Shown piece after piece: positions 40,237-49,649 of a DNA stretch of 64,000 bases; the stretch's first letter is position 1; the number at the start of each line of letters is the position of its first letter. The position numbers were made by a program, and so were the translations under genes. The notes under the pieces were generated by a model. That model was not told where the DNA came from, searched no databases, and saw only the letters and a list, made by a program, of their open reading frames with translations. Origin of the DNA: Macrostomum hystrix (taxonomy: Eukaryota; Animalia; Platyhelminthes); NCBI GenBank assembly GCA_950097015.1, contig CATNEN010000010.1, forward strand, positions 3,162,001-3,226,000, in the 5' to 3' direction.

Positions 40237-40562
40237 TATACTCTAAAGAAAGGTGCGCGCCGTATATATTACCGCCGTGTATATGCGGCCTCGCTAGTTG
40301 ACGTCGGCATAGGAAAGCTGCTACTCCACGGAAAAACCGCGCAGGCGCACCTTTCTTAAGAGTATAGACGTGGCTCGTGTGTGTATTCAAGTGGCAGCCA
40401 TGTAAGTCTATGGGACACGCAAGTCAATATATACTCTTAAGAAAGGTGCGCCTTGCTAAAAATAGAATCGCCCGGGGTTTCCCCGTGCAGCGGCAAGCCA
40501 GCTCGGCTATACTAGGCCCTATATCGAAAAAACAGCTCGCGCACCTTTCTTAAGAGTATATA
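40237..40562. repeat. Four alternating-orientation copies of TATACTCT(T/A)AAGAAAGGTGCGC forming nested inverted repeats
   Basis: Arms at 40237-40258 (fwd), 40345-40366 (rev), 40428-40451 (fwd) and 40539-40562 (rev); the last pair is a perfect 24-bp IR. Confidence 0.9.
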
Positions 40563-41247
40563 TATATACCTGCATGTATAGCATTTACTACTCCACCAGC
40601 CACACCAACTAAGCTCTTGGGACGGAAGATAATTTTATCACTGACATGATAAAATTCTCTAAGTCCGTAAACTCGAGTTTAAAATTATATAGATGTCAGA
40701 GGCCTGCTATATGTGATGGATGTCGATTCGCAAACTGACTTGACTGTGAATAGACTCAAATGCTGATGATTGTTGATGGAGGTATTTTCGCGAAAAGTGT
40801 ATTTATCGTTCGTGTATTTATTATGTATTTATATAAAATTAAAGTTGGTATTTGATTAACACATCTAAGTATTCAAAGTCGACAGTTCATGATGCCTGCA
40901 AATTTTTTAAACTACTTTTACATACACTAGCTCTCGTTCACCTACGTGGTAATATTCAAAGCATAAGACAGTTTGCCGTCTCTATTGACAATATATTGTC
41001 GCGTTCACCATTAATCATAATCAGATGACTGATGAGATCAGTCAGTCAGTAATAAAATATTAATACGCTAACACAGATGTGTGCAGCTAGTCAATCGGTT
41101 ATTAATAATACTGTTATTATTAAATTTCACCAATACATATATATAAAGTATAAATATATGTAGAATTTCATTGATTAAACAAATGATCGTGCTATTCTAC
41201 AATTAGTCTGATTTGCAAAGTCGCGAGAGCAAAAATAAACGTGTAAA

Positions 41248-41628
41248 CTATAATACATAAAATTCTGTATAAATTCTGTATTTTACAGCATTCATTGTTC
41301 GATGTACCAGTAGCGAACTCCATGTATGATGAGCTGTCATATGATACCAGTCATGTATGATACCAGTCACGAACAAGACAGCCTTATAGTCTTCTGCTGA
41401 CCGGTGCTGTTGCAGCCATTCTTGAGTGCGCCGTAATAATAAGCATAACTCATTAGCGCTATACTCAGCATTTGGAACACCGCGCTGCAAACTAGGTAGC
41501 TGCTCGAAGCACCCTCGATGCGCTATGAACCGGCCAATGCAATCTATGCGACAGCTGAGAAAGAGTTGAAATATGTGCGGGTGAAGATACATTTGCACTA
41601 ACTGCATCTGATGGGCAATGAACGACAT
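41248..41628 (-). pseudogene. Orphan helical protein family H, copy 1 (frameshifted C-terminus)
   Basis: Near-identical to 61735-62115 for about 90 aa. Then 69 bp are replaced by a 25-bp ATGATACCAGTC-type filler, shifting the frame. Confidence 0.7.
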
Positions 41629-41890
41629 GTTCAGTCAGTTAGTAAATCAAGCCAGCATAAAGCTAAAAAATAGTTAATTAAAAAATATTTTAAACTTGAA
41701 TCAAAGTCCCCATAGAGTATACTTTAGCAAACACAGCTGAGTCAGTCCACAGACAAATCAAATGAATACAGGCCAGTCTGGGAAATAAGAACAAGAAATA
41801 TCTTATCGGCCAAGAAATCAGCCCACAACCTACGCCACAGCAGCAGCAGCAGTAGCAACAGCTATTAGACTAATTGAAGACTAATTGAAA

Positions 41891-42282
41891 ATGGCAAGCA
41901 GCAGCAACAACAACAGCAGCAGCTGTTTTCATTTGTTCCCCGCGGCCTTCCGGGAACACGTCCTGGACTCCGCTGCAGCGGAGTTGGAATCCGCCCTACA
42001 TGATGCGAATAGCGCCGCGAGTTCATTGGCGTCAGCGGAGGCCTGGGCGCCCGGACGTCGCGGGGCGGAGGACGCGATGGCCGCAGCTATGCGGCGGGTC
42101 AGGGCGGACATGGTCCGCATGGCCCGGGCCCGCCGCATAGCGGCAGGGCTGGATCCATATGTGAGTAGTAGATTTCGATTCCTTTCATTTGAATATTTAT
42201 GAACTCATCTGATAACATCTGAGCTAACAAAATAAATGGAACCTAAAACCCATCCTTCATCCCGCAGCCGGGTGTGCTATGA
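41891..42282 (+). CDS. Orphan Ala/Arg-rich helical protein family R, copy 1; exons 41891-42160, 42268-42282
   Basis: Homolog of 62357-62739 (LFPAAFR..VL.SAAAELE...AEAW.P.RR.AE..M.AA.RRVRA.M.RMARARRIAAGLDPY). Donor TAT|GTGAGT and acceptor CCCGCAG|CCG GGT GTG CTA TGA are conserved in both copies. Confidence 0.72.
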
Positions 42283-43044
42283 GTGATCTGTAGCATGAGC
42301 ATTGAGGACCCGGTAAACCAGAAACCAGAAACCAGAACCAGAAACAGAAGCTGATTGATGAGAACTGATTGATTTGAATTGAATTGAATTGAATTGAATT
42401 GAATTGAACTGAGCTGATTGATGAGAATAAAATATAAAATATTGTTTGTTAGAGTTTTCACAATAAATAACTTCTTATCTTGGTTATTTATTTTATCATT
42501 TAAATAATATGAACTGACTGGCGGTTATGTGGTGTACATTGGCGATGAGACATACTACAATAGCGACGTAATCGTAATTGATCAGTCTGCAATATAATTT
42601 CAAGTAAAGTTTATACAAGTTTCTCATGTAAAAAAACATTAATAAAAACGGATTCGTTTAAAAAAGTAAAGTACAAACGCATAATAATATAGTATAATAT
42701 AATATATGCGCGCTGGATTGATGAACCACATCTCGACTGTGACATTGATTGCGTGTAGGAGACGACTAGTTGTAGCATGATAGTTTCGCTGGATTGCTTT
42801 CCTACGGCTAAAATGCGATGCGTTCTCTTCTACACAGCAATGACCCTTGAACCAGATGTCGCCGACATTGTCTAGTTGCTTGTACATGTGTTCAGATGCA
42901 ACGTGGTAGTCTGGGCCAGGCCAAGCTAAAAGTCGAGATTGAATTCGCCGAAATTGCATTTGAATTCGCACTGGTGAGGTGTCTATATGTTGCTAAAATC
43001 GCAGCAATTTAAATTCGGCAGTACTTCTCTATCCTGTTTTCAAA

Positions 43045-43263
43045 ATGCTGAGAGGACTTGCCATGCCAGTTCGTGCGGAACTGCTCAATACGGCTGCAGC
43101 AGCAAACCTTGGCATCACATTTCACACCTGGAGAATGGGAATTCTGAGACGTGAGGTGACGGTCGCCCTACAGCAGATCACACAGCAGAAGTGCTTGCAG
43201 TGGGCTAATCACACGGCAACCTACTTGAATCGCTGCCTGAATCATGAAGACATTTTGGCATAA
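43045..43263 (+). CDS. 72-aa hypothetical protein
   Basis: ATG in AAAATG context and non-repetitive protein-like composition; no homolog in the window. Confidence 0.35.
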   Translation: MLRGLAMPVRAELLNTAAAANLGITFHTWRMGILRREVTVALQQITQQKCLQWANHTATYLNRCLNHEDILA

Positions 43264-43726
43264 TTGATTGCTCTTTTCTTTGATCGTTCGGTTGACTTCA
43301 TTCTACTCGTACATCAGTTCGCAAACTTTGTTTCCTCTTTGATTGTTTCCCCTTCGAAGCTTTTTGTCCTGTCAAATGAATACAAGCCATTGGCGCGTAA
43401 CGCGAATTCAAATGAAATTTCGGCGAATTCAATCTCGCTTTTAGCTTAATTTCTATGGGCTTACTATTTTTAGACCACATTGGCTTCTATGGGAAATAGT
43501 TTTGCAGTTTCGGCGAATTCAATTGCAAAAAGGTATATTCATACATGAATTTTCGCGAAAAAGTTTGGTCTATAGCCAGACCTAGAACTACAGTCCAGTA
43601 CAGTCGCAAAAGTGAGCTATCTAAGACGGAGCGCGGTTAACAGATACTTTGTGACCGACTGACTGACTGACCGAGCGAGCAACCACATTTACGAGTTAAT
43701 TCCTACGCCTCGACTTTAAGTTTGAA

Positions 43727-43989
43727 ATGTCAGCATTTCGTGGCCGTGGTAAGAAGGCTCGTGTGGATGCCAGCATTGCTACATCGGATTCTAATGGTCT
43801 ACGCCAGACTAGGATCGTGGACTACTTTAGATCTGAGCAGTCAACCGATCGTCCTACTGGCAACTCAATTAGACCGAGTGGGCAAGCAGCATCGGCATCA
43901 TTCGCAGCACTGGCAGGAACGGCTGGCCGGGCATCGGCTGCCTTCAATGTTCCCCGCCGTGCAGCAGTAGTACAGCAGCAACAGCAACC

Positions 43990-44023
<34 letters not shown>

Positions 44024-46366
44024 ACTGTTATTACAACCGCAGTTCAGAAGCGTCGACGTGTCCGATCGACTCTACGCAAGCGGACGCGTGTAGTTGTCGA
44101 CTTGGATGCTTCGTCTAGCACTACATCGTCGTCTGATGCTGAAGACACTGGCGTTGGATCTTTGGTAGCCATGCGACAGCCTCTGGTTATTGCCGCACAA
44201 TCAATTGGTGGCGCCGGCGACCATGCTAATCGCATAGAGTCCACGCCTAAAGTGCTATCATCTGAAGATGACTCAGCGGACGACTTGCTAGCAGACGACG
44301 TACAGCTGGAGATTGTGGACGAGTGGACGAGCAATACAGACAATGTAGAGTCGAATACTGCCCCTGTTTTGACGGCTTCTAATAGTTCAGCCTTGTCATC
44401 GCAGCTAGTCGATGATAAGTACAAAACGGAGGTGGCAGAATTATTGCGCGCAAATGGCGAGTCGACTATTCCTAAAAATAGTGCCGCACTTGGTGCCTGT
44501 CCGACTTCGCCAGATTATGCGCCTCGCTCTACACCGGCAATGTCTGTCATCGAGAATGGGACAATATCCGATGATGATGAACCAGCTCTCGCAGTATTTT
44601 CTCCAGCGTATGTCGACGCTTTTGAATCAACAGCGCAACAGTCGGGACGACGGCAGCAATCGCAGCAGCAGCATCATCAGCGAGATCAACAACCGCAGCA
44701 GCGGCAACAGCAGCAGCAGCAAGTTGGTGGCGTGGCATTTGCTCCGATGAATATGCGTTGTGTCGTTCGACATCACCACTTCTATGTCCTCGAGCTCCAA
44801 TTACCGACTACGCCTCTTTAACAGCAGAGGGCAGGTCGGTTCTTATGACTAGAAGGACGCTACATCTTATAGAGATTGCATTCATCTCGAGCGATGTGGA
44901 AAAATTCAAGGCGTTTCTAGAAGATGAATTGGTAGCTCCATGTGCACAGTTTGCCATCGGCGCAACATCATGTATTCAAGTTGACATGCTGACCAGCGAA
45001 GAAATCCGAGCGCGTCGTCAGCAGAAATACAACATGTCAATCCGTGAATGTTTAGGAGCTCCGAATCATCCCAATGGTTTGCTGATGTTCCTGAACCTGC
45101 GCCAACCAGAAGATGGTTACACTGTTTACTGCGGACTGCATGCCCTTTTGATGGAATCTGCGGAAGCTTCGGCCTACCTGCATCCTACAATGTGTAGAAT
45201 GACAGTGTCTGGTGTACGCAGTGCGTCAAGTGCAATTAAGCTAGTTACCAGTACGGACGAGTTTCCAGCTCTTTTCCGCGTTTCTACTCAAGAGTGCAGC
45301 TTGCTGACCAAGGCCTTTTGCTGGGTTGCTGCTCATGAGACGTCATCTACTGAGCCTTTGCTAGATAGTGGCTTCATGTTCGAACACTTTCGTGTCAGAC
45401 AAGAGCTCAGCGATTACTTTAAGGTGACTCAGATGAAACGCGTAATAGCAACAGAGGTGCTAGCTGGTTGCCAAAACTGTCGCCCTACTGCCGCTGCCGC
45501 CGCCGCCGCTGCTGATGATGCTGCAACAGCCGACTATGCGAGGACGACCTTGCCTACTCAGCTGGAGGTATGCAAAATATTATAATACATGACATTTTTA
45601 GCACACGTACGAGTATTGATCATTGAATTTTTGCTGTTGTTTTAATTCAAATAATTATTACTTTTGGACAATTAATTAATTAATTGTATGCGAACCTACC
45701 TAACAACACAACACCATCCAACAGGTCTCTGCTGCTGCTGATGTTGCTGCTTCCGCTGCTACTGCTGTTCAAGTACTTGATGCCGCCGTCGCTCATGTTC
45801 CCCGGCTGATCGCCGCCGCCACCAACGTGTGCCCAACTGTAAAGGCTGTGTGCAGCGCGTTACAATCGCCAACTGGTGTCGTCTATCTATACGGCCCGTC
45901 TGGCGTTGGGAAGACCCACTCTGTGCAAAGCCATCTCGGTTCTACGAAAGTGCTGAATATCCAGGTGCAGAAGCGGTCTAACACGTTTATGTTTGACAAG
46001 CTCTGCGAGACTATACACACTGCCATGTTTATTGACGAGCTACGCCCGCAACTGTTTGATGACACATCTGAAGTCATGTGCACACTACTTCGTTTGGTCA
46101 ATGGAGACACTTTTGAAGTCAATGCTAAATACAAGGCTATTCGACACGTCTCTTGGCTCAATCGACTGTTAGTGCTTGCTGGGCATGCTCCGGTCAGTGC
46201 GTATTCGATGGACTTTCAGCGCCGATTAGAACCGACACCTGATGGGCACAAGCGTCCGGTAGTTGCCATCTTCATTGGTCATTCCCTCAGTACCGACTAC
46301 CAATGCGATGGACAATGCCACCCAATACGCAATGTGTTTGGCGATCACCCGGACCGGCGAGTATGA
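43727..46366 (+). CDS. Rep-like protein 1: low-complexity N-terminus (PIP box, NLS) + unknown conserved domain + SF3 helicase; -1 frame break near 44608-44633; intron 45568-45724
   Basis: GPSGVGKT (Walker A), MFIDE (Walker B), LLRLVNG..FEVNAKYK (B'), LVLAGH (motif C position) and FQRRL (Arg finger). Phase-0 intron GAG|GTATGC...CAACAG|GTC joins 44758-45567 to the helicase ORF. The middle domain aligns with Rep-like protein 2. Confidence 0.8.
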
Positions 46367-46729
46367 GCGACAAGACGGTGCTGTTAGCAGGTTTTTTTAC
46401 ACCAAACTGCCTGCATGCTGCTATTTTATCGACTATATTTTTACTCGGTCATTCAGTCAGTCTTTCAGCTGTTTTTTTATATTTTTTGCTGTTTCATACT
46501 GTTTTTGTATGCAATTTTATAATTAGTCATACAAATAAAATCAATTTAAATGCTCAGTTTTGAGCTTTTATTGTTGTGAAGTAGGTAATTGCTACTTCTG
46601 TTGCAAAAAATCATATTTCTTGCTAATTGTAGTCAATTGACTGATTAATGAAGCCCAACACGAATACAATAAATGTATTGAGCGTTTGCATGCATAAAAA
46701 TACAAACAATAGTTACGATAATCAGTAGA

Positions 46730-46860
46730 TTTATAATATAACTGCATAATGAATCATAGTGATTGTATTATTTTACATTCTGACGTTATGACGCCTCTGC
46801 TTCCTTCAACTGTGGCATACAAAAGCTCGTCCTCAACTGGGTCTTATGTGCAATTTTTCT
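46730..46860 (-). pseudogene. Single-unit remnant of the acidic-repeat gene at 59972-60532
   Basis: Reads DPVEDELLYATVE versus DPADDELLYAAAE; the downstream AT-rich flank (ATAACTG.A.TAATGAATCATAGT) is also shared. Confidence 0.65.
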
Positions 46861-47019
46861 ATATATAGTATTACTATCTTCAAACGAAGGTATATGCAAA
46901 GTGTCAAAGTATTGATTAATACAATTTATTTATAGGTGTTATCGCGAAAAAAAATAACGACTTCTAAACCAAAAGTAAATACGGAATTTTAGCGAAAAGA
47001 CTGATATGTTCTCAAAACG

Positions 47020-47690
47020 AAGGTAAGAGCAGTATTTTTGCAAAAGTTCTTAAAGTAGTGTGCATGGCTACATATTATGGTATTTTCGCGAAAATACTGA
47101 TATCCTATTAAACAGATGTAGTTGGCGGTATTTTTGCAAAAGTTATTAAAATAGGTAGTGGTGTGCATGGCTACATATTATGGTATTTTCGCGAAACTAC
47201 TGCTATGCTATTAAACAAAGGTAGTTGGCGGTATTTTTGCAAAAGTTATTAAAGTAGGTGTGTGCATGGCTATATATTATGGTATTTTCGCGAAAATACT
47301 GATATCCTATTAAACAGTTGTAGTTGGAAGGTATTTTTGCAAAAGTTCTTAAAGTAGTGTGCATGGCTACATCTATGGTATTTTCGCGAAAATACTGATA
47401 TGCTCTAAACGAAGGTAAGGGCATTATTTTTGCAAAAGTTCTTAAAGTAGTGTGCATGGCTACATCTTATGGTATTTTCGCTAAAATACTGCTATGCTAT
47501 TAAACAAAGGTAGTTGGCGGTATTTTTGCAAAAGTTCTTAAAGTAGGTGTGTGCATGGCTATATATAATGGTATTTTCGCGAAAATACATGCATATTATT
47601 AGACTAAGTATCTTGTACATTTTTAACCATAGACACATTTAGTATTTCTGCAAATTGCCAAGAGTCATGAGTGGATTTTTTTCGCGAAAA
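47020..47690. repeat. Array of ~94-105-bp units each containing palindromes TTTTGCAAAA and TTTTCGCGAAAA
   Basis: TTTTCGCGAAAA or a 1-nt variant at 47083, 47186, 47285, 47381, 47475, 47574 and 47679. Confidence 0.92.
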
Positions 47691-47874
47691 GACTATATGC
47701 TATCTATATATTGTAATGAATACCTGTGAATGAAAAATAATGACAGTTTTTTTGCAAAAATACTAACGATACGAAGATGAACATATTTTCCTCGCTCGCA
47801 CTCACTCTCTCTATTGAAATTGCAATAGCGGCAATTCAGCCCGGCTGTGTAGTCTATGGTTTTTTATGTAGCGA

Positions 47875-48257
47875 TTCTTATGCAGCAAAAGAGCCCGGCC
47901 GAGTCCCCTATGCTTTCTTATGCAGCAAAAGAGCCCGGCCGAGTCCCCTATGCTTTCTTATGCAGCAAAAGAGCCCGGCCGAGTCCCCTATGCTTTCTTA
48001 TGCAGCAAAAGAGCCCGACTCAACCCTTAATGCTTTCTTATGCAGCAAAAGAGCCCGACTCAACCCTTAATGCTTTCTTATGCAGCAAAAGAGCCCGACT
48101 CAACCCTTAATGCTTTCTTATGCAGCAAAAGAGCCCGACTCAACCCTTAATGCTTTCTTATGCAGCAAAAGAGCCCGACTCAACCCTTAATGCTTTCTTA
48201 TGGAGCAAAAGAGCCCGACTCAACCCTTAATGCTTTCTTATGCAGCAAAAGAGCCCG
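47875..48257. repeat. 40-bp tandem array (TTCTTATGCAGCAAAAGAGCCCG + 2 variant halves), ~9.5 units
   Basis: Period exactly 40. The first 3 units have GCCGAGTCCCCTA and the next 6 have ACTCAACCCTTAA. Confidence 0.95.
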
Positions 48258-48633
48258 CGACCCGCTTTGCTATAATTCTAAATTGATGACTACTGATAGC
48301 AATTGTTGCAGTGTTAGGTGCGAGATCGGTTGGCTGATTGAATACATATACCTGTCATGATAATTTTGTTTCAAATGGCGCAGTTGTGACAGCAGCGGAA
48401 TGCAGTTCGAACATTCTATGAAATGAGTTTCATGCAGGGTATTATCTTACGTTACATGATGACTGCAGCCCCATGCCACTGCCCGCACCTGAGTTAGGGA
48501 CCCATTTCGCACTGTGATGATCGATCGAAATTTTTCCAATATACTGTGGGATATATAGTGACTATAGCGGTATTAGCTAGTGTTAGACGCGTTGCTGCTG
48601 CACTCACGACATTGTTGGGTGCGTAGAACCACG

Positions 48634-49053
48634 ATGAATGCTCATCCTGTGGCGCTGTTCGGCTCGCCGGCCATCGTGGCACTCCTGGCCAGATGCGACA
48701 TCGCCTGCCTGGCCCCGTTCCTGGCGCACCGAGGACGACTGGAGCAGCTGACCTGCCTGCAGCGCCACTGCCCGAATGCTGAGCTGAATGCCACCCAGCT
48801 ACACACCTTGCTGAAGAGCCTCCTGGACTGGCTGCTACAACACCAGACAGCTGCGGGCTACGAGACCATCCTGGAGGTGACCTGCCTAACAGAGAACGAG
48901 GCTTTCGACTTGGCCGAGCTGCTAGGCCTGCTGGAGGACACCTGTTCGGAGCTGCAGCACATTCTACACGGGCTGGACTACTGGCGCGGCGTGCAGCAAA
49001 TTGCTAGACTGCGAGAGTTGCTCCGGAGTCGCCAATATCGAATGGAGCAGTAG
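48634..49053 (+). CDS. Orphan helical protein family H, copy 2 (139 aa, GC-rich divergent paralog)
   Basis: CDIACLAPFLAHRGRLEQL..LQR..PNAE.NA..L..LL.....WL..H..A..Y...L.VT.....EA.D..E.L.LLE....ELQ.I.HG..YW aligns with 61735-62115. Confidence 0.8.
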   Translation: MNAHPVALFGSPAIVALLARCDIACLAPFLAHRGRLEQLTCLQRHCPNAELNATQLHTLLKSLLDWLLQHQTAAGYETILEVTCLTENEAFDLAELLGLLEDTCSELQHILHGLDYWRGVQQIARLRELLRSRQYRMEQ

Positions 49054-49218
49054 CAGCAGCAAAAAGACTTAGCTAGACAGTTTAAATAACTTATCCCTGT
49101 TTGTGAACCCAAACCAACTCTGCACCAATAAAAGAATGGTTTAGTATCAACTAAGTTGGCAGATCCAACTCGATACCGGTAAGTTTATTTTTGATAACCT
49201 AAAAATAGACCGTATAAG

Positions 49219-49351
49219 AGTACAGTTCGTGGTGCGCGCACAATCCCTAAGAAATATATACATAAGACGATGCGAGGTGCTTATCTACCTAAAAATAGCA
49301 GGCAAGTCCTTATATATTTTTAAGTAATGTGCGCGCACTATGAACTGTACT
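49219..49351. repeat. Inverted-repeat cassette (~40-bp imperfect arms, ~50-bp spacer) upstream of Rep-like gene 2
   Basis: AGTACAGTTCGTGGTGCGCGCACAATCCCTAAGAAATATATA ... TATATATTTTTAAGTAATGTGCGCGCACTATGAACTGTACT. Confidence 0.88.
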
Positions 49352-49649
49352 TCTAGCTAAAAGTACACAATCAACTTAACGGGATCCGAATTAACCTAAT
49401 TAAGCACCTATTAATAGAATCTCAATCTATCAGTTTAAAGCTAGTAACACTGGTACTATCTGCTGCTCATCCTAAATAGCCTGCTCCTCCTCCTTGGGAC
49501 GTACTTGGGACTCTATTATTAATAGCGAATCCCACCCTGTTGCACCCAGTTGAAGTTGAGTACCTGGGACTGCGTTGGCTTTCTGCAGCCTGCTCATTTT
49601 CATACATCCAAATTTGAACGCGCCTATAATTAACCTGCGGAAGCACAGA

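Larger units (their letters stand above)
40831..42283. repeat. Long direct repeat, copy A (two-gene module), homologous to 61282-62740
   Basis: Continuous alignable sequence from AAAGTTGGTATTTGATTAACACATCTAAG to CATCCCGCAGCCGGGTGT.CTATGAG, with scattered substitutions and indels. Confidence 0.93.

Noticed and set aside
42639-42971. 110-aa minus ORF and the 52903-53287 small ORFs as element genes
   Set aside because: No paralog or motif support, non-ATG starts or low-complexity content; left uncalled.
47875-48257. CRISPR array (also considered for the 32-bp arrays at 14.7-16.6 kb)
   Set aside because: No unique spacers (the variable part has only two states), no cas genes, and the context is eukaryotic.
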